Shown here piece after piece: positions 7,222 through 16,436 of a stretch of 64,000 nucleotides of DNA. Source of the DNA: Candidatus Babelota bacterium (GTDB lineage: Bacteria > Babelota > Babeliae > Babelales > JABDEC01); the NCBI GenBank assembly GCA_013287265.1, contig JABDEC010000002.1, positions 10,105 to 74,104 on the forward strand. Direction: 5' to 3'. A program made the position numbers and the translations under genes. A model generated the notes under the pieces. That model had not been told where the DNA came from. It ran no database searches and saw only the letters and a program-made list of their open reading frames with translations. Position 1 is the first letter of the stretch, and each line of letters starts with the position of its first letter.

Positions 7222-9825
7222 ATGAACAAAAAAATATTATCATTATTTTTTCTTATTTTAAAAATCAAATCTAATCAAGAAATAATTACAAATTCTAATG
7301 ACGATCCAGATGGATTCGGATCTCAATTCCATGGCATAATTACCGCAGTTATTTATGCTTCATTAAACAATAAAAAATTTGTTTATACCCCGCTTAAAAA
7401 AATTGATGATACCATTGATTCAGATTTATCAAAAAAAGAATGGTTAATTAATTTTATTAATAATGTTGAAATTAATGAAAAAAATCATGATAATCATTGT
7501 AAATTTTATAAAAAATATTTCGACGAAAATATCTTTGAATGCGCAAACTGCGTTGTATTAAACAATATAAGAAAATTATTTAAAGCTAATAAAAATACTA
7601 AAAATTATTTCCATAATAAAAATCTGAATGTTGCCATTCACATTAACGATATTGATACGTCATCAAATATTATTAATAAATCAAATAATTTTTATCCGGA
7701 TATTATAAAAAAACTTAGAACGATGTATTCTTCAAGAAACATTTTATTTCATATATTTTCTAAAGGAAATAAAGAAAATTTTAATGTTTTTACTGGAGAA
7801 GATATTATTCTTCATTTGGATAAATCAACAGAAGATACTTTTTGTTCAATGGTTTTTGCAGATATTTTAGTGACAGCACCAAGCTCATTTAGTTATGTAG
7901 CCGGAATATTATCAGAAAATTTAGTTTATTATGTTCCATTTCTTTACAAACCATTACCCCATTGGATAGACGTAGACACACTTTTAGGCAATGTTGAAAA
8001 AATAGAATATAACCTTGTTAAAAATTTACCGGATATTTATATTACACCATTCGCTGAAAAAATCGGAACGTGGTCAAATGGTATTGTCTATGATCAACCT
8101 CTCATTCAAAAATTTTTTAACTTATTAAATCTACATCAAAATTTTTTTGTAATGTTAGATTTGGGGGCACAAACTGGAAGTTTTTCTTTATTAGCCAAGT
8201 ATTTTCCCAATTCTAAATGGTATTCATTCGAACCAATTCAGGAAGTTGAAGCAATTTTAAAAGAAAATTTAATTATTAATGATATAAAAAATGTCTCAAC
8301 ATACCAAATGGCGGTTTCAGATTTTTCTGGATCAAACACAATTAAAATGCCGCCAATAAATCGTTGGGGAGGAGCAACATTAGGATCAAATCCAAATTTT
8401 ACAACAGTACTTGAAAGAAAAATTGAATGTATCGATTTGGATAGTTTTATTATTAATGAAAATATCAAAAAAGTACATTTTATGAAATTAGATACCGAAG
8501 GTCATGAATTATTTATTTTACGCGGCGCCAAGAAAATGATCGTTCGTGATAAACCTATAATATTAATGGAATATAATGAATATAATATGAAACAATGCAA
8601 TGTTAAAAAAGACGACATTCACGATTTATTAACTGAGTTGGGATATAATTGGGTAAAAATTAGTGACGATGATATTCTCTGTATAAATTTAGAAGGCATA
8701 ATTACCAAACTCAAAGATGATATTAATATAGACCTCACTAAAATGGAAAATAATATTAACAAAATAAAAAATTTATATAGAGAATTATTGGATTTACAAC
8801 TAAATATTAATAAAACTGAACCATATAAATCAAAAAATGTTGTTCAATTTATCAATACATTGGCAGAAATTATAATAAAAAAGTTTGATCTTCATAATCA
8901 TTTAAATCAATTAGAAGAAACCAATAGAGAAATTATCGTCAATACGAGAAAATTTGAGTTAGACCAAGTTAAAGAAATAGAAATAAAAATTTTAGATTTA
9001 ATTAAAAATATGCAAAATCTAAGTATTTTGAAAAATGTCGAAGAAATTAAAGAAATACAAGAATCATTCGAATCGATAATTAAGAATGAAGATATATTCA
9101 GTTTAGACAGATTAAAAATAACATTAAAGATTCCAGCTGAAATTAAAGAAGCATTAAAAAAATATTTAGATGATTTTCCAAATTTATTTAAGAATATAAA
9201 TGAATTAAGTAAAGATGGTTATACTTTATTAGAAAAGGCAATTGATAATAAAGATTTAGATGCTATAAATTTCATTCTTGAAATAGGTGGAAACATTGAT
9301 ACGAAAGATATTAACGGAAATACACCATTAATTTATTCTATTGCTATGGCTCAAGAACCATTTGCAGTATTTTTAATTAAGAATAATGCAGATATTAATT
9401 TAATGAATAAAAATGGCCAAACAGCATTGTCCATTGCAAAACAAAATAATCTGACCTCAATTGTTCAAATAATTGCTTCTAAGATTCTAGTCAGATATTT
9501 AAAAGATCTCCCACCACTTTTAGAAAATATTAATTCGCAAACGTCTGATGGAAAAAGCGCATTGGACATTGCAACATTTTTATACAATGATATTAATGCT
9601 GTAAGAGCATTAATTGATTTAGGTGCAAATGTGAATGTACAAGATAATAATGGAACAACGCCTTTAATGCACGCTGTTGAATATAATCGGCCTGAAATAT
9701 TAAGGCTATTAATTGCACGTGGCGCAGATATTAATCATAAAAATAAACTTGGTGATAGTGCGTTAATGTATGCAAAATCGCTCGATTATAAACATATTAT
9801 TGATATAATTCACAATAAAAGATAA
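7222..9825 (+). CDS. GT11-like domain / FkbM methyltransferase / coiled coil / ankyrin-repeat fusion protein
   Basis: The first ~490 aa are colinear with 5700..7211, and the methyltransferase domains are near-identical over long runs. aa ~490-660 is a heptad-rich low-complexity stretch. From nt ~9214 there are ankyrin repeats (NGNTPLIYS, NGQTALSIA, DGKSALDIA, NGTTPLMHA, LGDSALMYA). The HxRR motif is replaced by HINDID. Confidence 0.85.
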   Translation: MNKKILSLFFLILKIKSNQEIITNSNDDPDGFGSQFHGIITAVIYASLNNKKFVYTPLKKIDDTIDSDLSKKEWLINFINNVEINEKNHDNHCKFYKKYFDENIFECANCVVLNNIRKLFKANKNTKNYFHNKNLNVAIHINDIDTSSNIINKSNNFYPDIIKKLRTMYSSRNILFHIFSKGNKENFNVFTGEDIILHLDKSTEDTFCSMVFADILVTAPSSFSYVAGILSENLVYYVPFLYKPLPHWIDVDTLLGNVEKIEYNLVKNLPDIYITPFAEKIGTWSNGIVYDQPLIQKFFNLLNLHQNFFVMLDLGAQTGSFSLLAKYFPNSKWYSFEPIQEVEAILKENLIINDIKNVSTYQMAVSDFSGSNTIKMPPINRWGGATLGSNPNFTTVLERKIECIDLDSFIINENIKKVHFMKLDTEGHELFILRGAKKMIVRDKPIILMEYNEYNMKQCNVKKDDIHDLLTELGYNWVKISDDDILCINLEGIITKLKDDINIDLTKMENNINKIKNLYRELLDLQLNINKTEPYKSKNVVQFINTLAEIIIKKFDLHNHLNQLEETNREIIVNTRKFELDQVKEIEIKILDLIKNMQNLSILKNVEEIKEIQESFESIIKNEDIFSLDRLKITLKIPAEIKEALKKYLDDFPNLFKNINELSKDGYTLLEKAIDNKDLDAINFILEIGGNIDTKDINGNTPLIYSIAMAQEPFAVFLIKNNADINLMNKNGQTALSIAKQNNLTSIVQIIASKILVRYLKDLPPLLENINSQTSDGKSALDIATFLYNDINAVRALIDLGANVNVQDNNGTTPLMHAVEYNRPEILRLLIARGADINHKNKLGDSALMYAKSLDYKHIIDIIHNKR

Positions 9826-9857
9826 AAAGATTCTGGAATAAATTTAGAAAAAAATCA

Positions 9858-10826
9858 GTGACAATTAACAATATTTTTTTTTTAATCATTTTCATTTTTT
9901 TTAAAATCTATTCAACTCAAGAAATAATTACTAATTCTAATACAAAGTATTCTGATGGTTTTGGATCACAATTTCATGAAATTATTTCTACTATTATTTA
10001 TGCTGAATTAAATAACAAAAAATTTGTTTATACACCCTTTAAAGAAATGGACCATAATTATAAAGAAGATTCAGATTTCATTTCAAAAAAAGAATGGTTG
10101 ACAAATTTCACTGGAAATTTTGAACTTACTCAACACAAATTCAACAAAACTAATAAAAGAACAGAATTTTTTAATGAAAATATTGAAAAATGCTCCAAAA
10201 GTGAAAGTTTAAAAAAAATAAAAAAGATTTTTAGAGCAAATAAGAATATTAAAAACTATTTTTCAAATAAAGCAGCTGGTGAATCAAGTGAAACTGACCA
10301 AAGCAACCCAGCCTTCGCTCCGTCTACGTGTAAAACTTCGACGGACAGGCAAGGCGGAGTTTATCCTGAGCATGTCGAAGGGGCGGGTTATTCTCCTAAC
10401 ACTAATCCACGAGATAAAGCACGTAGTGTTCTGGCGACGGAGAACAAAAATTTTAATATTGCTATTCATGTAAGAAGACCAAACTCACACGATACAAGAA
10501 CAGAAGGAACTGATTTACCAAATAAATTTTATTTAAATATAATTAACAATTTGCGCAACTTATACAAAGCAGAAAATTTATTATTTCACATTTTTTCACA
10601 AGGAGACATTAAAAATTTTAAAGTTTTTGAATCAAAAGATACAATTTTGCATTTAGATGAATCAATTGAAGATACATTTTGTTCAATGGTTTTTGCAGAT
10701 ATGTTAATAGTTGGTCCAAGTTCATTCAGTTATGTTGCAGGTATCTTATCTGAAAATTTAGTTTATTATATTCCATTTGTTTTGCTTAATCCTTTACCAC
10801 ATTGGAAATCAGTAGAAAAATTTTAA
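9858..10826 (+). CDS. GT11-like glycosyltransferase paralog (no methyltransferase domain) carrying a 57-codon in-frame element insertion
   Basis: DGFGSQFH, IAIHVRRPNSHD, FHIFSQG and EDTFCSMVFADMLIVGPSSFSY are present. The insertion lies between NYFSNK and NKNFNIAIH when compared with the paralogs. Confidence 0.7.
   Translation: MTINNIFFLIIFIFFKIYSTQEIITNSNTKYSDGFGSQFHEIISTIIYAELNNKKFVYTPFKEMDHNYKEDSDFISKKEWLTNFTGNFELTQHKFNKTNKRTEFFNENIEKCSKSESLKKIKKIFRANKNIKNYFSNKAAGESSETDQSNPAFAPSTCKTSTDRQGGVYPEHVEGAGYSPNTNPRDKARSVLATENKNFNIAIHVRRPNSHDTRTEGTDLPNKFYLNIINNLRNLYKAENLLFHIFSQGDIKNFKVFESKDTILHLDESIEDTFCSMVFADMLIVGPSSFSYVAGILSENLVYYIPFVLLNPLPHWKSVEKF
10272..10442. repeat. GC-rich palindromic element, copy C, inserted in frame (171 nt) in 9858..10826
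   Basis: 89/171 G+C by my count. Outer inverted repeat GCTCCGTCTACGTG ... CACGTAG..GACGGAG. Central hairpin ACTTCGACGGACAGG ... CCTGAGCATGTCGAAGG. No stop codon on either strand, which explains track ORFs 10279..10473 and 10284..10469. Confidence 0.75.
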
Positions 10827-10833
10827 ATAATTC

Positions 10834-11781
10834 TTAATATTTTTGAATTGAAATATAATCAGGACCTTTTACTCCATTTCTCTTTGCTACAATTAAACCA
10901 TCTCCAGAACAACTTTCTTTGTGAGTATGTTCAGCAAGAATTATAAAGTTATGATTTTTGAGATAGCTTATGCAATCTAAATGTGTACTATTTATTCCTT
11001 CATACCCATGAGTTGAAATAAAAAAATAGTCAATTTTATATATATTCCTTTTTAATGTTTTTAGCATGTCATATTCAGAACCTTGAATATCTGCATGCAA
11101 AATATGAATGTGTTCGATTTTTTCTTTCTCAATAAAATCCTCTAAGATTACCTGTTCAACATCTTTCAAATGTACAAGATCTTCATCAATTATTTTTCCA
11201 ACACAACCTTGTTTAAAAATCCCTACTTTATTATTTAATGCAAAATTTTTCTTACCAACTTCAAGACGCTTAGGATCAGGTTCAATTAAATAATTTTTTG
11301 CGCCTTTGATTGAAAATGCAAACCATAATGAATAATATGCCCAAAAGGAACCAAGCTCTAACATTGTTGCATTTTCTGGTATGTATTTTAAAACTTCATA
11401 AAAACATTTTTCTTCTTGAGGCTCATGATGCCCTTTGAGTCCATAAATTACGTCAGTTGCCCATTGTACATCGTAATAAGAATTCAGAACGATTTTTACC
11501 CCATTATGCATTAACTGATAAAACAATTCACCATTAAAAAAAATTTCTCCTGCGTCTTTAACTTTAGGAATATAATCACAATCTGTGCCTGAAATTGTTT
11601 TAAGAGCTCGGTTCATTTGATAAGTTGAATCTGACAAATTTAAATTCGCAAGCATAATTTCTTTAGCTCTAATTTTATGCTCTTCTATTTGTGAAGGTGA
11701 ATAAATAATAAATTCATTAATACTTTTTATATTTGATATATACAAAATTATTATAAAAATATTTTTTTTAAATAATTTCAT
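10834..11781 (-). CDS. FkbM-like SAM methyltransferase (module A1; paralog of 13577..14512)
   Basis: LELGSFWAYYSLWFA..NYLIEPDPKRLEVGKKNFALNN..ILHADIQGSEYDMLKTL. I chose the ATG at 11781 because it aligns with the paralog start MKLHKK; the track start at 11796 is TTG. Confidence 0.7.
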   Translation of the reverse strand: MKLFKKNIFIIILYISNIKSINEFIIYSPSQIEEHKIRAKEIMLANLNLSDSTYQMNRALKTISGTDCDYIPKVKDAGEIFFNGELFYQLMHNGVKIVLNSYYDVQWATDVIYGLKGHHEPQEEKCFYEVLKYIPENATMLELGSFWAYYSLWFAFSIKGAKNYLIEPDPKRLEVGKKNFALNNKVGIFKQGCVGKIIDEDLVHLKDVEQVILEDFIEKEKIEHIHILHADIQGSEYDMLKTLKRNIYKIDYFFISTHGYEGINSTHLDCISYLKNHNFIILAEHTHKESCSGDGLIVAKRNGVKGPDYISIQKY

Positions 11782-11802
11782 AATTTTCGATCTCAAAACT
11801 GA

Positions 11803-12585
11803 TTAAACATTTACGCCTTTATCAGTTTGGCTAACTTCTATACGGTTATTTTTTACATAATCTGTAAATTTAGGATTGAAATAAGTTGGATCATAAACCT
11901 GGCTCGAGGTATATCTAATAAAGCCAATACCTGTCATATAATTATCAATATCTTTTTCTGAATTAATTGTATCTTTGTAATGATAATTTTCAGCTTCAAG
12001 AGTAATGTAAATTACTTTTTCTTGAAGATAATTTTGAGCACTTTTAGCTATATTTAAATCTGATCCCTGAGCATCAATCTTAATATGCTCAATAACTGGA
12101 TGAATATCAAAAGGAAATAAATCAAAAAAATCTTTCAATGAAAATACCGGAACGTCTATAATTTTTTCTACTGCCAAATATAATGGCTGGTAAAGGCTTG
12201 AAGTTCCGCAATCATGTGATGTTACATAAAATTTCATCATCGAATTACTATTTAAATTTAATGCGCATGGAATCAAAAAAAAATTTTTTCCAATGAGAGA
12301 TTTATCTAAATATTTCCCGGATAAAATTGAGCTAATACTTGAAGGATTGGGTTCAAATGCAAAAACAAATAAATCATTTTCATGTTTAAGCCAATATTGA
12401 GAAATTGGCGCGCAATATGAAAGACCAATATCTAATTTAACATGTTTAATGCTAGTCGCGATTTCCATTTTTCCATCGGCTCTGAATGGAATTATTTTTT
12501 CTAAGATCTCTTTTAAATTAGAATTAGCATTTAAGAAATAATTTAAAAAAAATATTAATAAAAAAAATTTCCTTAAAAACATCAA
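11803..12585 (-). CDS. FkbM-family methyltransferase (module B1; paralog of 14589..15392)
   Basis: VKLDIGLSY..VFAFEPNP...IKIDAQGSDLNIAKSA..ITLEAE. Signal-like N-terminus. Confidence 0.7.
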   Translation of the reverse strand: MMFLRKFFLLIFFLNYFLNANSNLKEILEKIIPFRADGKMEIATSIKHVKLDIGLSYCAPISQYWLKHENDLFVFAFEPNPSSISSILSGKYLDKSLIGKNFFLIPCALNLNSNSMMKFYVTSHDCGTSSLYQPLYLAVEKIIDVPVFSLKDFFDLFPFDIHPVIEHIKIDAQGSDLNIAKSAQNYLQEKVIYITLEAENYHYKDTINSEKDIDNYMTGIGFIRYTSSQVYDPTYFNPKFTDYVKNNRIEVSQTDKGVNV

Positions 12586-12593
12586 TTTCCTTT

Positions 12594-13559
12594 TTAAAAA
12601 ATAACTTCGATATTATTTATAATTTGATTCATTCTTTTATCTAACCAATTTAAATCAATAGATTTTTTTTGAAACTTTAAATAATAATCGCGCAAAGCAA
12701 CATTTAAAATTAAAAAAGTATTTGTAGTCCATTTGTTGGCCCACCAAGTTATTAAATGCGAGTATAATTTTAGATAATCATAAGCGTTCTCAGACATCTG
12801 ATAAGGAAATTCTTTTAATTTACTAACTAAATCTTTTCTTACGAAAGTAATATTGCCAGTAAAAGATACAGGAACATATCCCTTGTTTAAACCCAATTTA
12901 ATTCCGGAAATAAAACTACAACCACCAGCAACTCTGTTAGAAGAATAATAACTCAATAAATCAATTTTATACTCTTTACATCTATTTTTCGGAAGTTCAT
13001 CAAAAATTGGATCACGATAGGGATTTACTTCAAAAATTACAATTTTGGGATTATAATCGGTTAAATTTTCCCAGACATAGTAATCATCACCATCAATATC
13101 TATAGATAGTAAATCAAAATCATATGGCAAATTTCCCCTTTTTAGCCAAGCATTAAGATCATTGTTTTTATCATTATAAAGGACGGCTCCATGAAAAACT
13201 TTAACGTTTGACAAAGTTCTATAATTATCTAAACATTTTTCATAAAGTAATTTATCTAATTCTATAGAAATGCCCGAAAAATTATGATTTTTAATTAAAT
13301 TATATGTATTGCTTGAAGTAATGCCATCAGATGCGCCGAATTCACAAAATGTTCCATTTTTAATGTCTAATTCTTTAATTAACTGTTCAATAATTCCATC
13401 TTCACCATTTTGAGAATAAATATTTTTACAATATTTATGATAAGTGTTCTCTGGTAATTTAAAGCGATAATCGAATGGCTCATCAGTTATTTTTATATCT
13501 AATAAATCTGAAAAAATGCTGGTGACTGAAAATAAGATTAATAAAAGAAAAAAATTCAT
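12594..13559 (-). CDS. FkbM-like methyltransferase (SQxGED type)
   Basis: YSQNGEDGIIEQLIKEL..FCEFGASDGITSSNTYNL..GISIE is typical of the FkbM N-terminus. The start at 13559 (MNFFLLLILF) has an upstream AGGA and avoids overlap with the neighbouring gene. Confidence 0.6.
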   Translation of the reverse strand: MNFFLLLILFSVTSIFSDLLDIKITDEPFDYRFKLPENTYHKYCKNIYSQNGEDGIIEQLIKELDIKNGTFCEFGASDGITSSNTYNLIKNHNFSGISIELDKLLYEKCLDNYRTLSNVKVFHGAVLYNDKNNDLNAWLKRGNLPYDFDLLSIDIDGDDYYVWENLTDYNPKIVIFEVNPYRDPIFDELPKNRCKEYKIDLLSYYSSNRVAGGCSFISGIKLGLNKGYVPVSFTGNITFVRKDLVSKLKEFPYQMSENAYDYLKLYSHLITWWANKWTTNTFLILNVALRDYYLKFQKKSIDLNWLDKRMNQIINNIEVIF

Positions 13560-13576
13560 TAAATATCCTAATTCTT

Positions 13577-14512
13577 TTAATATTTTTGAATTGAAATACA
13601 TTTTGGACCATAAACAGCTTTTTTCTTGGCTACGATTAAGCCATCACCCGAACAACTTTCCTGTTCAGAATGTTCAGCTAAAATAATATAATTATTTTCA
13701 ATTAAAAATTTTCTACAAGAAGCATGTATTGGTCCAAAACCATGTGTTGATATGAAAAAATAATCAATTTTAATTAGATGCTTTTTTAAAGTTTTTAACA
13801 TATCAAATTCTGAACCTTGAATGTCTGCATGAAGAATATTAATGTGATCAATTCCTTCTTTTTCTATAAAATCATCTAAAATTATTGATTCAGCGCCTGA
13901 TATATCCGGGTCACGATCAACTACATTTCCAATATATCCTCTTTTAAAAACACCAAATTTATTATTTAGAGCAAAATTTTTCTTACCAACTTCAAGACGT
14001 TTTAGATCTGGTTCAATCAAATAATTTTTTGCACCTTTGATTGAAAATGCAAACCATAACGAATAATATGCCCAAAAAGAACCAAGTTCAATCATCGTTG
14101 CATTTTCTGGAATATATTTTAAAACTTCATAAAAACATTTTTCTTCCTGCGGTTCATGATGTCCTTTAAGACCCCAGATTACATCATTAGTCCATTTGCC
14201 ATAATAAGAATTAAGATGAACTTTTATACCATTATGCATTAATTGATATGCAACATCTCCATCTTTAAAAATTTCTCCAGCACCTACTATTTTCGGAATA
14301 TAATCTGAATCTGTACCTGAAATTGTCCTCATTGCTCTTTGCATTTGGTAAGTAGGGTCAGATAAGTTTGCAGGATTGGTAATCATTTTTTCTTTGCAAA
14401 TATCTCTATGTTCATCCATTTGTGAAGGTGCATAAATAATAAATTCATCTACACATTTTATATTTGATAAATAAAGAATTATAATTAAAATACTTTTTTT
14501 ATGTAATTTCAT
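13577..14512 (-). CDS. FkbM-like SAM methyltransferase (module A2)
   Basis: Colinear with 10834..11781 and near-identical across FYEVLKYIPENATM(I/L)ELGSFWAYYSLWFAFSIKGAKNYLIEPD. RBS AGAGGA upstream. Confidence 0.7.
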   Translation of the reverse strand: MKLHKKSILIIILYLSNIKCVDEFIIYAPSQMDEHRDICKEKMITNPANLSDPTYQMQRAMRTISGTDSDYIPKIVGAGEIFKDGDVAYQLMHNGIKVHLNSYYGKWTNDVIWGLKGHHEPQEEKCFYEVLKYIPENATMIELGSFWAYYSLWFAFSIKGAKNYLIEPDLKRLEVGKKNFALNNKFGVFKRGYIGNVVDRDPDISGAESIILDDFIEKEGIDHINILHADIQGSEFDMLKTLKKHLIKIDYFFISTHGFGPIHASCRKFLIENNYIILAEHSEQESCSGDGLIVAKKKAVYGPKCISIQKY

Positions 14513-14539
14513 AATTTCCTCTTTAGATTCCGATGTGAA

Positions 14540-14568
14540 ATCTTAATAATTTTTTTTAAAATTGTCGA
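14540..14568 (-). promoter_or_regulatory. Putative sigma70-type promoter (TCGACA-17-TAAGAT) upstream of 13577..14512
   Basis: The minus strand reads TCGACA attttaaaaaaaattat TAAGAT. An almost identical ~30-nt block recurs at 15427..15455. Confidence 0.5.
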
Positions 14569-14588
14569 TTTATTTATTAATCCAGCTT

Positions 14589-15392
14589 CTAGCGTTGAAA
14601 AATTTTAACAGGATTATTTTTAATATAGCCAGAAAAGCGAGGATTAAAATAAGTAGGATCATCTGTAAAAGACGATCTATATTCAACAAATCCAATGCTC
14701 TTCATATAATTATGTATATCTCTCGCTGAACTCACAGCATTTTGATATTGCCCAATTTCAGCTTCAAGTGTTATATAAATAATTCTTTCTGTTAAATAAT
14801 TTCCAGCACTTTTTACAATATCTAAATCAGAGCCTTGAGCATCAATTTTAATATATTCAATAACTGGATGAGTATCAAAAGGAAATAAATCAAAAAAATC
14901 TGATAAAGAAAACATTGGGACTTCTATTATATCTTCGACGGGAAAATATACTGGAGGGTAAATACTGGAACAACCACAATCATTCTTGGTTACATAAAAT
15001 TTCATCATTGAGTTACTTTGCAAGCCCAATGCGCATGGAATCAAAAAAAAATTTTTATTTACGAATTTTTTTTCTAGTGGTGTTCCATGAGATTCATGTC
15101 TCAATTTAATTTCTGAATCTTGTAAAATAGAACCTATGCATTCTGGATTTGGTTCAAAACCAAACACCATAAGATTTTCTTCATGTGTAAGCCAATATTG
15201 TGAATTATTAGCCCCGTAAGAAAGTCCAATATCTAATTTTATACGTTTAATATCTAATGGAATGTCAATTTTTCCATCTTTTTTAAAGTTAATAAAATTT
15301 TGAATTATTGTTTTTAAACTGGGCATATTTGAATTAGTTTTACTAAAAATTAAAAATAATATTAAAAATATCCAACTGTTTTTTAAAAACAT
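14589..15392 (-). CDS. FkbM-family methyltransferase (module B2)
   Basis: IKLDIGLSY..VFGFEPNP...IKIDAQGSDLDIVKSA..ITLEAE. The start at 15392 has RBS AAGGAAAAG and lies downstream of the predicted promoter; the track start at 15425 would lie at or before the likely transcription start. Confidence 0.7.
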   Translation of the reverse strand: MFLKNSWIFLILFLIFSKTNSNMPSLKTIIQNFINFKKDGKIDIPLDIKRIKLDIGLSYGANNSQYWLTHEENLMVFGFEPNPECIGSILQDSEIKLRHESHGTPLEKKFVNKNFFLIPCALGLQSNSMMKFYVTKNDCGCSSIYPPVYFPVEDIIEVPMFSLSDFFDLFPFDTHPVIEYIKIDAQGSDLDIVKSAGNYLTERIIYITLEAEIGQYQNAVSSARDIHNYMKSIGFVEYRSSFTDDPTYFNPRFSGYIKNNPVKIFQR

Positions 15393-15426
15393 TCTTTTCC
15401 TTTTAATAAAAACATTTTGATGCAAG

Positions 15427-15455
15427 ATCTTAGTAATTTTTTTTAAAATTGTCGA
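15427..15455 (-). promoter_or_regulatory. Putative sigma70-type promoter (TCGACA-17-TAAGAT) upstream of 14589..15392
   Basis: The minus strand reads TCGACA attttaaaaaaaattac TAAGAT. It duplicates the block at 14540..14568. Confidence 0.5.
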
Positions 15456-15519
15456 TGTCTTTTAGCTTGCCTTTTATAAATTGAGATAGTAAAATGCAGT
15501 GTCAAAATTAAAGGAAATT

Positions 15520-16434
15520 ATGAAAAAAATTTTCAAAATATTGTATTTAATATTTATTATTAATAATTGTTTTTCAAATGAAAATAAAAAAAATGATCTA
15601 TACTTTTGCACTGCCGCTGATGCAAAGTATTTTGATCTATTAATAAATCTAATTGGTAGCATACATAAAACAAATTTTGAAAATTTAAAAGAAATAGCTG
15701 TTTTTGACCTTGGGCTTACTGATAATCAAAAAGATTTTTTACAAAAAATAGAAAAAACTAAAGTTTATCAAATTGAATTAACACATCCTGATTTATTAAA
15801 ACAAGTTAGAGTAAATAATGATAACAAACATGTACCTGGCTGGTATGCGTGGAAATTTGTAGTGCTCAAACAAGCTGCAGAAATGTTTCCATATTTTTTT
15901 TGGGTTGATGCAGGAATAGTAATTTTAAATCCTGTGGATAATATTTTCGATATAATTATTGACAAAGGTCTTTTCGTCGGCAATTTACCACACTGCAATA
16001 AATATCAAACAATTCAGCACTTAATAAAAAAATTTAATATTAATGATCCAAAAAATAATTGGATTTTAGAAAAACATACAGTAATTTCAACATTTATTGG
16101 CATTTCAAAAAAAGTTGTAAATAATTTGGTCCTGCCATTGTATGAAATGACAAAAGACATGAAAAATTTTATTGATGATGGAACTTCAGTAAACGGTTTT
16201 GGTTCATCAAGGCCTGAACAGGCTATTTTAAGTTTATGGTGTTATTTATATGGTTTTGATTCATATGAAATAGCACATTCATCTCCTGCTCCAGTTAAAT
16301 TAAATGACAAAGAAGTTCCAATTTACATCGCTATTCCCTGGCATGTAACGCATAGAACACAAATTTATTTAGATGCAAAATCAGATAAACATTATAATGA
16401 AAAATACAAAGAATTTATAAAATTAATTGAATAA
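15520..16434 (+). CDS. Putative nucleotide-diphospho-sugar transferase-like protein
   Basis: The N-terminus LYFCTAADAKYFDLLINLIGSIHK..IAVFDLGL resembles the start of GT-A type transferases (GT77/DUF1647-like). The ATG at 15520 follows AAGGAA; the track start at 15499 is GTG. The family call is weak. Confidence 0.4.
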   Translation: MKKIFKILYLIFIINNCFSNENKKNDLYFCTAADAKYFDLLINLIGSIHKTNFENLKEIAVFDLGLTDNQKDFLQKIEKTKVYQIELTHPDLLKQVRVNNDNKHVPGWYAWKFVVLKQAAEMFPYFFWVDAGIVILNPVDNIFDIIIDKGLFVGNLPHCNKYQTIQHLIKKFNINDPKNNWILEKHTVISTFIGISKKVVNNLVLPLYEMTKDMKNFIDDGTSVNGFGSSRPEQAILSLWCYLYGFDSYEIAHSSPAPVKLNDKEVPIYIAIPWHVTHRTQIYLDAKSDKHYNEKYKEFIKLIE

Positions 16435-16436
16435 AA

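Noticed and set aside
6686-8468. Track ORFs 6686..7012 (-) and 8238..8468 (-), which look like a conserved pair of paralogs
   Set aside because: Both are antisense to the duplicated FkbM domains of 5700..7211 and 7222..9825, so their similarity merely mirrors the sense-strand duplication. They have no RBS and a low-complexity composition.
10279-10473. Track ORFs 10279..10473 (+) and 10284..10469 (-)
   Set aside because: They exist only because the GC-rich inserted element lacks stop codons in several frames. They lie entirely inside 9858..10826.
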